Assembly: GCA_965202585.1 (NCBI GenBank) | Contig: OZ241829.1 | Coordinates: 5,146,001-5,210,000 of the forward strand | Length of the DNA stretch: 64,000 bases | DNA from: Thalia democratica | Lineage: Eukaryota | Direction: 5' to 3' | Shown here: positions 38,858-52,187 of the stretch, one piece after another | Numbering within the stretch: position 1 is the stretch's first letter | How the letters are laid out: each line of letters starts with the position of its first letter | The notes under the pieces: model-generated | Told to the model about the DNA's origin: nothing | Database searches by the model: none | The model's input: only the letters and a program-made list of their open reading frames with translations | Made by a program: the position numbers and the translations under genes

Positions 38858-39510
38858 CATGCAATGATCATCAACTTTGCTTTGTTCAGGCGGAATGTAA
38901 TGTTGCGCATTCGAGCATAACGAGATATGACGTATGTAAGCATTCGAGCATAACGAGAGAGGGGAGGTATTTTGTCGTTTGACAAGAAGCACCACCACGC
39001 CAACTTTCGATAATTAGTCTTACTTACAACGCCGATCAAGTGTTGTCTGAGGCTTTATTACGTCACAAGTAGTGATTGCTAGCGTTCCAGCAAAGTTGTT
39101 TGGAAGCCTTGCTGGTGACTCTACTTTAGCAACGTCGACGGGGCGCATACTTCGAGTTGGGTCGTTAGCGTGCCATTAAGCTTGTAGTTTGCAAGCATCG
39201 GGGCTTATAACTCGACATTAGTTTTTAACGTGCCATTAGGTTTAGAATTTATAGAAATATGTTGCTTGATATAACAACTTTTACAACCTACTACCAGTTA
39301 TGACATTGCAACTGAGTCTTTGTTGAGCAACGCTTAAAACAGTGAATGTTCTTACTTTGTGTCAACTGTATTTTTTCGCCGCACGACTCAAGCGACCAAT
39401 GCAACGATGCGTGATCAGCATTAAATCTTCGAACCACGAGCATCGGAGAAGACTGAACATCAATTTTAACCGGTGAAGCACAAGTATTGTTTTGTCCATT
39501 CACTTAAATG
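38858..39510 (+). pseudogene. GC-richer module, 3'-truncated (unit 4)
   Basis: Homologous to the first two-thirds of 4493-5440; the last segment is removed at the Penelope insertion. Confidence 0.4.
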
Positions 39511-39668
39511 ATTCATGTTAAAGCAGTTATTTTGTCTTACTTGTTAATAATGAGTTACAATTCAAATAGTATATTTAATTGATAAAATATATATTTATTT
39601 AAATGACATATTTAATTGTAGTTAGTTTTAAAAATGTCTTTCACTGAGAAGAAATTGAAATAACTTAA

Positions 39669-40462
39669 AATGATCCGGCCAAGTTTATCGATGAACAAAT
39701 ACAAAAGAAAGACACCTTTGAGACAGAATTAATTGAAAATAAAGATGATAAGAAACAATTCTTTACAATACCATATGTTAAAAAGACATCAGAGAAATTC
39801 GCCAAGAACATAAAAGCAGTATTTGAAAGCATCGGGGTAAAAGTACGCATTACTTATAGATCAGAAAAAGTAGGGAAATATTTCTCCCTAAAAGATTCAA
39901 TAAGTAGCTTGTATCAGAGTTGTCTTGTCTATAAATTTATGTGTCCAGGAGATCTGAACAACCAGTACATTGGTGAGACAGAAAGACAACTTTTCGTCAG
40001 AATTAAAGAACATGTAACCCCAACCAACAGTGCGGTGTTTAAACATATTGAAAATTGTGTATTTTGTACTAATTGTAAAAATATTTATAATTGTTTCAAG
40101 GTTATTAAAACGTGCACTTCGTATAATGAATTATTATCTTCTGAAGCTCTACTCATAAAAAAATTCCAGCCAAATTTGAATAATCAGCTTGGTCCTGATA
40201 AAGGATCAAGAGTAACTATTAATGTGTTTAAATAATCCATTTTGTTTTAATTGTTTATAAAAATCCATTTTTGTTAGTTACTTGTCGTTTTAATTAGTTG
40301 TGTTTTTTACAAATGATATAATTTCACTCAATTTATTTTGTCTTAGTTTAACTAGAGAGTGTTTAGTATTTTGATAAGGGAATTTTGACATTCCGAAACC
40401 GCTTAAGTTTTAATAAAGTTTATAATGAAAAAATTTGTTTGTCTTGTAGTTAAATGGTACTT
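39669..40462 (+). mobile_element. 5'-truncated Penelope-like retroelement: linker plus GIY-YIG endonuclease (open frame 39669-40235) and 3' pseudo-LTR
   Basis: Frame reads NDPAKFI...TIPYV...FSLKD...LVYKFMC...YIGETERQLFVRIKEH...EALLIKKFQPNLN, the typical PLE C-terminus, followed by a hammerhead-like motif. Absent from other units. Confidence 0.85.
40361..40410 (+). ncRNA. Degenerate minimal hammerhead ribozyme motif in the Penelope pLTR
   Basis: TTGATAA core (U3/A8 variant), stem II GGAAT/ATTCC, then GAAA-CCGC-TT. The helix-III loop is not palindromic and stem I pairs poorly. Confidence 0.45.
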
Positions 40463-41166
40463 AAAAGAGAAGTGGTATGCTTGATGATGAAACCGCTAGT
40501 TGTAACTCAAAGAGAATTAAAAATGATTTACCCACTCAAACTTTTGCAAGCTTTAAAAGTGATCAGGGTTGTGATGACTACAACATGAACCTACTAAGCT
40601 CTGAAAATAGTTCAATTGACCAGCATCAAGTAAACATGATGCAACAAACTGTTCCCCAGTCGCGTGTTGTTCAACAGTCTCCTGCAAACTATCGACATGT
40701 GAGCATCCCAGATCAAAACCAGCCTTATGTTTCGAATTTCCCAAACAATTTTGGTGTTGATTCTAACCGCCAACACAAACAAAATTACTTGCCTGATCGA
40801 AATCAAGCTGCTGTTTTGAAGCAGCAACAAAAATGTTTTGATGATTCCAACTACAGTCGTCAACAACACAACATACCAACTCAAAATCAAGTTCATGATG
40901 CGACCTGTCAACAGCAAAGTGTTCAATATGCTACAAACTATAGACACCAACATACAAACGTAGTTAACAATCCGATGACGCAACAGCAAAACTTTCAGGG
41001 ATATCATGATCCGGGAAACAACTTTCAGAACTTCTCACAGAAGTATACGCATTCAACCAACCATCAAAACCAGTTTAAAATTAAAGGAAATCATTCTCAG
41101 GGATATGACATCCAAAACTTAAGTTTAAACGAATATATGTATCATCAGTCTAGTAAGTCAGATCCC

Positions 41167-42220
41167 CAGTCGGTTGGTAATTCACAACAACCAGTTTATC
41201 AGTCGATTGTTAACTCTCAACAACCAATTCCCCATTCGATTGTTAACTCACAACAACCAGTTCCTCATTCGATTGTTAACCCACAACAACCAGTTCCTCA
41301 GTCGATTGTTAACTCAGAAATACTAAGTCCTCAGTCGATTGTTAACTCACAACAACCAGTTTATCAGTCGATTGTTAACTTCCAGCAACCAATTAATCAG
41401 TCGATTGTTAACCCACAGCAACCAGTTCCTCAGTCGATTGTTAACTCACAACAACCAGTTTATCAGTCGATTGTTAACTCAGAAATACCAGTTCCTCATT
41501 CGATTGTTAACTCACAACAACCAGTTTATCAGTCGATTGTTAACCCACAACAACCAGTTCCTCAGTCGATTGTTAACTCACAACAACCAGTTTATCAGTC
41601 GATTGTTAACTCAGAAATACCAGTTCCCCATTCGATTGTTAACTCACAGCAACCAGTTTCTCATTCGATTGTTAACCCACAACAACCAGTTCCTCAGTCG
41701 ATTGTTAACTCAGAAATACCAAGTCCTCAGTCGATTGTTAACTCACAACAACCAGTTTATCAGTCGATTGTTAACTTCCAGCAACCAATTAATCAGTCGA
41801 TTGTTAACCCACAACAACCAGTTCCTCAGTCGATTGTTAACTCAGAAATACCAAGTCCTCAGTCGATTTTTAACTTCCAACAACCAGCTAATCAGTTGAT
41901 TGTTAACTTCCAGCAACCAATTTATCAGTCGATTTAATCCACAACAACCAGTTCCTTAGTCGATTGTTAACTCAGAAATACCAAGTCCTCAGTCGATTTT
42001 TAACTTCCAACAACCAGCTAATCAGTTGATTATTAACTTCCAGCAACCAATTTATCAGTCGATTGTTAACTCCCAACAACCCGCTTATCAGTCGATTGTT
42101 AACTTCCAGCAACCAGTTAGTCAGTTGATTTTTAACTTCTAACAACCAGCTAATCAGTTGATTATTAACTTCCAGCAACCAATTTATCAGTCGATTGTTA
42201 ACCCACAACAGCTTCTTTCA
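41167..42220 (+). repeat. 33-bp tandem repeat, 32 units minus 2 nt
   Basis: 1054 bp = 32 x 33 - 2. Confidence 0.9.
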
Positions 42221-44520
42221 GCAACGAATAAAATGCTGAACTTTGAAAACGATCCTTCGTATAAATTACGAAACGATTTTGATCAGCACTACTCAACTGG
42301 GAGGAGTATTTACAAGGATGATGTGCGAGAAATATTTACAGGTTACAAAAATATGTTTAAATATTTCAACGAAGTTAAAATACGTAAAACTAAAAGTAAG
42401 CATATATAAACATATTTACATTTATCATTCGTTTTTAGGCTTTTTAATGATTATTTTTTTTAAATACCAATATTTATTTAAAGTCTTTATTTTAGTTTCA
42501 TAACTTATACTCTTACATTTGATAGTATACTTAACATCAAAACATTCAAGTTTTAAAGTATTTTTAAATATATATCGTTATTTAAAAGAAATTAAAATCT
42601 TCAAAACAAAAAACAAGCGTATATAAACATACTCGTTTTTAAGATTTTTAGTTAAATTTTGTTTAAATGTCGATATTTTATTTAGAGTGTTTACTTTAGT
42701 TCTGTTTAATCTTAAGACTATTCTCATAGTCACAATATTATATCAAAAAAATTACTAAACATCTAAAGATTCAACTCAGTATGATTTTTGGCTGGTATAC
42801 TTAACGGTCAGTCTAAGCTAAAACAAGCTGAGTCAGAAAAAAAAAGCATTTAATTTCAATATTTTAAACTTTATTTTTTGATTCTTTTTTGATATAATTT
42901 GGTAATGTATAAATAAAAGAATAAAAACAAGCTTTAAAACAATTTTCTTATTCAGGTTATATTCAGCTCACATTGATCTTTAAGTATACTATCCTGTATT
43001 AAGTATTTAAGTATATATATAATTTTATACTTTACGCATTTTAAGTTATTTTAATAAAGATTTTGTACCGGAATTTTAAATTTAAGGTACCCATATAAAA
43101 AATGGATTTAAAGTAAGAGTGAAACATGTGGAAATTGGACAGTATAAATCTCACATGGAAATTCATTGTGGAAAACACATTCCAATTGAAGTCTTAATGC
43201 ACTGGAAAGCTATACACAATGAAGATAAGAACTTGGAAAGCAAAGGTTTATACAGATACGTTTTAATATTTGTTTTTTTATTACAAACTGTTCTAGTTAC
43301 GTAGGACAATACTATTACTAAGTATTTTTGGTAGATTGCCATAAACAATATCTAGAGTATTTACTGACAAATAGTCTAAGCAGTTTTAAAATATAAATTT
43401 TGTTTTAGATGTTTATTTAGTAGTTGATATTTTTTTTACTAGTCTTTTTAGTCTACTTGTTAAACTGAAGTTAATTAGAATTTCAAAAACTTTAACTTCA
43501 AAGAATCTTGAAATAGAAAGTTTTTAGATTATTATAAAAAAAAGATTTTATAAAAAGTTTGTCGTTTTTTTGGTAAATTTTACTTTAAATTTAAGATTTT
43601 ACTTCAAAGTGACCTTTAAATAGTTTATGAAAAAAATTTTAAGTAGTGTTTCAATCCTAAAAGTAGTAATTTAAAAACGAAATGTGCTTATGCATTATAC
43701 TATGAATCTTTTATTTTCTTACTTTAAAATAGTTTTGCTATATCAAAAATGCATAAGTTTTGTTAACGTGGTGAGAAAAAAAAACATACTGTTTAATATA
43801 AAATTATTAATAGCTATTTTTATACTAGGCGTGGTTGAGATGTACGACTTTTTTGTAAAGGATCAGAAAAATTATACGATAGTTACCGAAGAAAGTGAAG
43901 GGTTTTATACTTTGAAAGAATTTGTAGAAAAACATGGTGTAATGAGTGAAAATACTGCAAAAAACATATTCTTCGAGGTGTGTTAAGATTTAATACAATA
44001 TGTTGGTTTTATACAAATAGCTATTTGTTAATCTCCTAAGTTACGTTTATTAACTGACAAAAAACTGTTATAATTTACAGTATGTTTTATTAATTTATAA
44101 AAGCTAGTGAAAACCTGTAAGGGCTTATGTAAGTCAGTATTCTACAAATATAGTCTTTTATTAGTAAGTTTAAACACTTTTCAAACTTCTTTTTAGTTTG
44201 AGTATTATTTTGGACTAAGAAATAATAACAAATGTAAGCAAATCAAACAAATTGTTTTTATTTACAGTTGTGGTCTACCTTAAGAAAAATTCACCAAAGA
44301 AAAGTTGTTTTGCGAAACAAATCTGCTGAAAATATTTTGATTAACCCTAGAACTAAAGAGACTAAATTCTCAAATTTTGATTGTGCTTCTCATTATCGCG
44401 TAAGTTTACTCGTTGTTTATTATATATATATATATACAAAAAGATTTGCACAAATATAAGCTAAAAGTTTTCATCTATTTTTAAAATAACTATACAAATA
44501 GATTAATGCAAATTGTATAT

Positions 44521-44574
44521 TTTATTCGCGACCGGTTTCGGTGGCAAGAGATTGCGACCTTTTCAAGCAAAAAA
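44521..44574 (-). ncRNA. Minimal type I hammerhead ribozyme motif (U3-A8 variant) in intron 4 of K3
   Basis: Minus strand reads TTTTTTGC-TTGAAAA-GGTCGCAA-TCTC-TTGCCACC-GAAA-CCGG-TC-GCGAATAAA. Stem II has 7/8 pairs, the helix-III loop is the palindrome CCGG, the cleavage triplet is GUC and stem I pairs. Absent from the same intron in other copies. Confidence 0.8.
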
Positions 44575-46758
44575 TAACAAAATTAATTTTACTGTTTACT
44601 TTACGGTTTACTTTTGCTGCATATTAGTTCAAATTTTTTAAAACTAATTCATAATAAATCAATAATTTATAAACATACTCGTTTTTTTACTCAACTTAGT
44701 TTTAATAAACACTTTTAAATGTAGTCTTGGGCAGCAAACCACTATAGTGGACCGGAAGGAACTAAGCCCTTTGTCATTCAGGCGTACTCTGGACCCGAAA
44801 GCTTCCAACTCCCAGAATTGTTCAACAAAAAAAAATTCTACGAGTATGATTTGGATAGGTGGAGCATGGGACTGGTTCTCTATTTCATGGTTTTTATTTG
44901 AATTGTTTCAGTTTGTTATTTTATTTTTTTGAACTTTTTTCCTCAATATTTTTATTTGTTGTTTTTAGGTTGAGGGCAAACCTGCGTTCAACAGCAAAGA
45001 AGAGGTGATCAGTAAGGATCCTGAAGTATCGGAGGGCTCGAGGAAATTCGAGTCGTTCATCAGGAAACTTCTGAACAAGGACAAGAAAGAGAGGTTCACT
45101 CACGCACTCATAACTGGCGGGGTGAAAGCTCATCCTTGGTTTAAACAAAAATAATTAGATTTAACAGTAATAATACATCTAAAATATAATTGATTTGTTA
45201 CTTTTGTAACATGTTTTCCTTTCTAAAATTAGTTCCAATTGTTCAATAGTTGTTTTAAACTTGTATTTTAAAAACTGAAACGAAGTATATATCTTAAATG
45301 TATTTAAGTGGTTGTTTAAATAACATTTAAACTAGTGTAATTTTTTGAAATATTTTGTATCAATGATTTTCTAAGATTTTTTGGAAACTGATGAACTTAA
45401 ACAACAGTGACAAATGTACATGTATTAATGATGTTTTAGATGTATAATATGTTGAAAAATAAAAATTTAAGTGGTCTAAATTTGTAATGACTCACTTAGT
45501 TGTTTGTAAAATAATTTTTTGCACAGATATCCGTTCTATTTTGATTTTGTTAGACTGCGTAGATACACTTGATTGCAATGACTTCGAGTTATGGTAACTA
45601 TAATAAAATTTACACTAAACTATATATTTGTTCGCTTTTTTTTTTAAGAGAAGTAAAACAAAATTCTTAGAAATGATGTAGTTACTTGTTGTTAACTCTT
45701 ATACTCCAGGAAAGTTTGTCTGTGTTTTATTTTTTTTTTCTTTCAAATTGAAAGTTAACTCAACTCAGAAATGAAGGTATACTAGTAAACAAATATAACT
45801 ATTAACAAAATTATGCTACGTTATTACTTAACAGGTTTTACTAAATGCCTTAGCAACAAAATAATATGTACTTAAGTTATTAACATGTTGCTTCCTAAAA
45901 ATGTTAAAAAATCTTGCTGTTAAAGTAGAAATGGGCAATTTTTCCTACTTTCAGTGTTAATTAGTTAATAAAATATAAAGTTAAATATAATTGTATATTC
46001 TTCTTCGGGTCGAATTTTTAAAAATTCTTTTCTCTAATCATTAATTGTTGTATTAAAAGTATAAAAGTACTTTAAAGCTAATATTACAATTTTATAACTA
46101 TATAATAAAACTTCTATAACTACCAATCAAACCGAGAGCAAATTGTAAAACATTATTTGTGGACAAAATAAATAAAAGCTTCTATAGTTTGCTTTTATTG
46201 TTAAATAAAAAAACAAATCGCTGGCTGTATTTTAAAAACTTAAAAAATTGTACAAAAGTTTTTGATGTAATGCAAAAACTATAGTTACATAATTTACTCA
46301 GCTATTTAGTTCTTAAGTAATTTGAAGTGATTGAAGTAATAAAAAATTGAGAAAATCTAAGCTTATTTACATAAATTCTTTTAAAATCCTAATACTAATT
46401 GAAAATATTTTTTAATAAGTATAGACAAATAATTAAAAATATTTAAAACCTAATACTAAAAAAATGACAAAAAAGATACTTAAACTTAAAAAATGGTATA
46501 CAAAACTAATTTATTCAACCTTTACGACTACAGAACTAAAAACATTTAATTGTGATATAAAACAGTCTGTAAACAATAAAGGTAGTTTTAGATTATTTTG
46601 AATTTTAAGAAAACTTACTAAAATTAAGAAGTTTAGCACTTTATTATTACGGAGAAAAGCAGAGATTAATTATTTAAGATAAACAATGTTACGAACGAGT
46701 CAAATGCAATAATTTAGATCAGATTAAAACATTTATAAACAAACTAATAATTTAGTTA

Positions 46759-47391
46759 TGTTATTGTAAGTTTATTGTCGTACGAAGGACCCAGGCATCA
46801 AAACCTAGGCCACTTATACAGAAAGACATACAACAAAAGGACAAAAATAAACCAAAATTGTACATTAAAAAAAAAAACTGAGTTTAAGTAATTAAATTTT
46901 AAAATTAACATAAAAACACAAAAACTAAACCCCAAAATTTATAATTCCGGTGCTTCCGAAAAGAGAACAATAATATCCCACTTCAACTTCACCCGAACAA
47001 ATGGTTTCACTCCAAAACTGGTTTCACTTTCATTCGAACAACTGGCTTCACATTATTTGAACAACTGGTTCAGCCTTCATTTGAGTAACTGGTTTAACTT
47101 TTATCCATACAACTTGTATCACTTTTATTCGTATAACTAGAACCGCTTTTATCTGAACAACGTGTTTCACTTTTGTTAGGAGAGCCTGCTTCATGTTTAC
47201 TTTCAAATCTTTAATACTCAGATAACTCAGCGTTTGTTGGACTTTCGTAGTAGCTGATAAATGTTGACAACACTGACTATAAATAAAGCTTAAAAACCTA
47301 AGGTCCCAAACACTTTAACAGGCCAATTAACTATGTATTTAGGAACAGGTTTTGTTATACACAGAAAACATTAAACAGTAAAACAAGTACA
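46759..47391. mobile_element. ~630-bp insertion unique to this spacer with internal 24-bp tandem repeats (possible solo LTR or non-autonomous element)
   Basis: Interrupts ...TTTAGTTA|TTAAATAGTAAAATAAAAC of the unit 1 spacer. It begins TG and can be ended on CA. Repeats of AACTGGTTTCACTTTCATTCGAAC type lie at ~46999-47175. No clear target-site duplication. Confidence 0.45.
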
Positions 47392-50023
47392 GTATTAAAC
47401 AGTAAAATAAAACTTAATAAGTTTAAAAATATAAACGATGTACAAATCATGGTGATCACCGAGTAATCATGCTTAATATTATTATATTCTTTAGGGTAAA
47501 CAATACGAGATTTGAACTCAAGATCCTTGTGTATACCATGCTTAACTGCCGATTTATTAAGATTTCAACCAAACTGCCACACGTTAAAATCAAATACTAT
47601 CAGTATTTAGATCTGTTTCAAAATAAAACAAAAATAAAATTATCTCATTCTTTTCAAACTAACTGAGACCTATCATGTTATATAAAATATTTTACTCACT
47701 ATGTACTTAAATATAGTAGATAAAAAATTTTACTCCCAAGGTAATCATATTTGAAAGTACCAAAAATTTTGATAGAAAATTGAAGATATTTAAGCATAAA
47801 AAAAACACGCCTTCGCCTGAACCTTTTAACTTTCACCTAGATTATAATTTTCAATTACTTACTTGACTAACAATTGCTTGCAGGTCTATGGTTTATTGAA
47901 TTCTAGTCCGACAAATAAATTAAAAAAAAAAACACTAAGTTTAAATTTTTTAATTACTTATTTACAAAACAATATATTTTTCAATTGAAACAAGAAACAA
48001 AGTTTTAGGTTCACAACAGTTTTAATATCAAGTAAACAGGCTATATAGTTAAACGAAATAAATATAGAACTAACTTATAAGTATTTTTTCAATCTGTTAT
48101 GAATAAATCAAAGGTAGTTTTTTTAAATTGACGATGTGCACAAATCATTTTAGTAATTACTTAAGTCACCGAACTGTAAAACAACGAAAATTTAACAAGT
48201 TCGAAAAAAAAAATCATAAAAAAGTCACAGTGATTATCAAGTATCTAAATACGCTTTAACTCTACTAAATAAGCAAAGGTAAATAAGCAGGTTTTGAACC
48301 CAACATCCAACTAAACAAACAGATTGTTCGAACACAAAATCTAACAAGCATTCAAACAACGGAGAAGCTTTTATATTTGTTATATAAAAACAAACATAAA
48401 ATATTGTATTTAATTGAAAAAAATGAATGCAAAGATATACTTGTTTTAATTGTTTAAGGTGCATAGTCATAAAAAATAAGCTTGTTTGAAGTTTTTGTGC
48501 AAACTAAACAATGTTTAAAGTTATCAAATTCTTAAGCTAGTATAATGTACTTTTTTATAAACTTCTGTGTTTACTGCTAGATATACAGTCTTTGTATTTT
48601 TATTTTAATACTTTCTTCTAGAAGTAGAAACTGGTTAAAACCATTCTGGTTAATTTTAACACATAATATATTTAAAAAAAATTACCTTTATTGCTTCGAA
48701 AAGTTTCAACTTTAATGATTAAGATAAAAAACGTTTAACATAAACAAGTACTAAATATACTGATTAGTAATGTAATCAGGAATTACTAGGTAAATAAATT
48801 GTATATTAGTTGAAGAAATCTAATGATCCCTCTTGTAATTTAAAGACCTAGAGGCAGCATCTCAAGTAAGAAATAGTCCCAGAATGTAAAAATTTTAAGG
48901 TTTGACAAGTTTAAGGCAGAAATTTAATGGTTAACTATTGATTAATAAAAAACTATTTTATTAATTATGTGGGTTTATGTCGACATAAGTATAGTGAAAA
49001 CTTTTACTGTTGAAATATTTATTGTTTATAACTGCTACACCTCATTACTATTCTTGAAATTAATACTTTTTTATACCAATTCCTTACTTGTTTTAAAGTA
49101 AAAGAACAATAGTCAAAAGTCAGGATTTGAAAAACAAACCTAAATCATCAGTAATAATTTCTACTTTGACCAGTTAAGTTTTTGCCTGGATAGATTTTAA
49201 TAGTTTAATTATGAGATTTTTTGCAACATATTTAGTAGCTGTAGCTGATCAAGACTTATTTTAAGTTTTTTTTTTCAAAATCTCAAGCTTTATTAAAAAT
49301 ATTAATTTTGATTTAACTTTGATTTAGTAAAACTTACTTTATTATTACAAATGCATAGTTTTTAAGCCTAAGTGATTTTTTTTCTCAGATTGTTTGTTGA
49401 TAAGTTTTTACTTAAACTCAGGTTGACTTAAACTAAATAGATATAGCTTAAGGAAGTTTTTGGAAAATCAAGATGAATTTTTGCTATCATAAGTAGCAAG
49501 CATTTAAACAATAAAAAATAGACTTATTTTGCACATCGTTTTGACAAAAGGCAAGAACTGTTTGTGTTTAACACGTCAATAAATCTCTTAACTATTTAGA
49601 CTGTTTATTGAAATAACTTTTTATTGGAACAACTTTAATAAATAAAAGCTGTAAAAAGTAAAAGTAGAAGATATAAAAGTATTCGAAATATCATAGTTCA
49701 ATGAGTTGTAATATAAGTTAAAACTGTCTGACAAAGTAATGAAGTTTAAATACCTTTCGTATATTGCATGTCTGTTAATATAGGCGTTTTATTAGATTTA
49801 AATTATTAGTTAAAAAAAGTTTGATTACTCTACTAGTTTTTGTTGTTTAGGGACAACAGTTCGTGAAGGTTTCAATTATGTAAAACACAACAATATTAGT
49901 CATAACATCCAAAAATTATCATTTTATACTAAATTGATGTAGTTGTTGAATAAAAAAAATTTGAGTTACTTTCATTTATTTATTATTACCTGTTAATAAT
50001 TTCAGCTATTTAACACAAAAATT

Positions 50024-50863
50024 ATGACTCATAATAAGTTGATAAAAGACGCTCAAGATTTCTTCGATCAGAACAAATGCTCTGACGCCATCCGATGCTG
50101 GGAGGAAGTTTTAAAATTGGGAAAGTCCCTAAACAGTGAAGGGTTTGGTCTCATGCTTAAGCCTTACATCAAAATGAAACAAGAATCATTGAGGCGTGTA
50201 AGATCTGGTGAGATATTTTAATATATCTTATAGAAGGAACTTTATATTTTTTTCCTTATACCAAATGTATTGGCATTTCTATTTTGTACTGAATAAACTA
50301 ATTTTGAATTTTTATATTAAAGATTTTGATATTCTTATAACACTTTTTGTTAATAAAATAATTTAAGTCGGAGGTTAGGAAATAAAAATTAATTTATTCA
50401 AAATTTAAAATGTTTATTTTTACTACTATCAACAGGTGAAGATGATGAAGATAAACACAAGGAAGAAGTGGAACTCAGATGTAAAGAGTTATTATACCAC
50501 ATTGATGACTACTTACTCAAAAACGAAAATCGTGTAGATCAGGAGACTTTCGAGAAGCTTTCAAGGCTCCGAGGCGAATGCTACTGTGATCTCTTCGAAG
50601 TAAAAGGCAATAGAAACACTGTAGCGCGCATGTTTGGTTTTTACCTCTTGGTAAAATTTATTTGCACTATGGTTTATTCTATTACTCGTGGGTCAATTCG
50701 ATTTCTTGGCAATTTCTTGTCCCAGATTTGCTTGACCTTTTTTATTGCTCTTTGCCAAATTTCATCTTCCAGCTCCACATATTGGCAAAAACTTTGTTCA
50801 AACTTCAAAAAGTTTTTTCAAACGTTAGAAGGAGAGCATTTGAAGGAAAATATGCACAATTAG
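50024..50863 (+). CDS. T5: TPR-like/hydrophobic-tail protein, 203 aa (exons 50024-50207, 50436-50863)
   Basis: Donor G|gtgag; ends ENMHN* like T3. Confidence 0.85.
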
Positions 50864-51482
50864 TAAATATAATCCATTTTTTTGGCCTGTTATTTTTTTC
50901 TTGTTCATTCTTGTAATGTGTAATTTATAATTAGGAACTTTCTGTTCGTGCTTAAAAAACAACTATGAATATTTTGTTGTTAATATTTTAAATAAACCTG
51001 TTAAATGATTTTCATTATGTTGTGTTATTATTTAGTGCAAACATAGTAAATTTTGGTTTGATAGACGATGAATTAGAACAAAAAGTAATAAAAAACGTCA
51101 AATATATCAAAATCTGTAAGGCCATTGAGAAATATTCTTTAATTCTAGTGTTTATCTAAATTAATATCAAAAAAAAGTTCTGTTGAAATCAAAGAAACTT
51201 TTGCTACCTAAGCGAACTGGTTATAGAATTAATCAAAGTCTTAAAAGAATCTTTAAAAATTATTGACATCTTAAGATAATTTTTGTTCCTCAACATAGTA
51301 ATACTTACTCATTTTGGTCATCTTTTAAAAATCCGTTTTAAAATTAGAGAAAGTGACAGGCTTACTAGACGACTTCTGAAAGAAAACAAAATAAACGTGA
51401 CAAAGCGATTCGATGTGGTTGATTTCTATAATGTTTTACTAAAATTTGTATAAGTATGTAAATTTTATGATACGAAGTAAAT

Positions 51483-51590
51483 CAGTGGTTGGCAACACGT
51501 GACCCGCATGCAAACTGCGGCCCTCAAGTAGTAAATTTGCGGCCCTCAAACAGTAGATCTGCTGCATTTTGTTTATAGGGAAGTGGCTCG
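51483..51590. mobile_element. hAT-like terminal fragment (unit 5)
   Basis: CAGTGGTTGGCAACACGTGACCCGC followed by GCGGCCC repeats. Confidence 0.5.
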
Positions 51591-52187
51591 CTAATGTATT
51601 TTTTATACCCCTGTGTATTTTATCATTACGTTTTTGTTTTTCCTTAAGTACTAGATAGGGCTGTAAAACATTAAGGTTAGTGTAATACTTTTGCAAAATC
51701 AGAATACTTTAATTCATGATTACAAAACTAAAACTAAACATTTGTTTTGAAAATAAATCTAGCTTAACTTTTATTTTGAAACTCTAAAGCCAGTTAAAAT
51801 AAGAAAATTACTTTCAAAAACATATTTATATATTTTAAAATATTAACTTCTAGCCAAATAGTAAATTGCTTATATAAACAAAATAATATTGACAAAAATA
51901 CTTGATTAGCATTGTTGGACATCGACTTGAAGATTTTATTACTTTTGCATCCATTATCAAATCGAAGTCATTTAAGTTAATTTTAAAACTTTGCTTTTTT
52001 GTTAACATTAATATCACTTACATAAACATTGCTTCAAGCAAATAACAATAACAATCCGCATCAATAACATTCGATGCTAGTAGACTTTTTTGTTTATAAA
52101 TATTATACAACCGCTAGTTGACGCACTTTTCTATTATACCATGTAGAAGTTAACTACCAATCACACCGGGTATCATGTTTCATTCAT

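Larger units (their letters stand above)
40463..45154 (+). pseudogene. K3: 5'-truncated Pim-like pseudokinase gene with an expanded, frameshifted repeat. Kinase exons 43087-43245, 43829-43977, 44268-44399, 44725-44889, 44969-45154
   Basis: First ~24 codons replaced by the Penelope fragment; first ATG at 40477 corresponds to Met30 of K1. A 2-nt deletion gives TAA at 41935-41937 inside the repeat. Downstream exons remain open. Confidence 0.85.
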
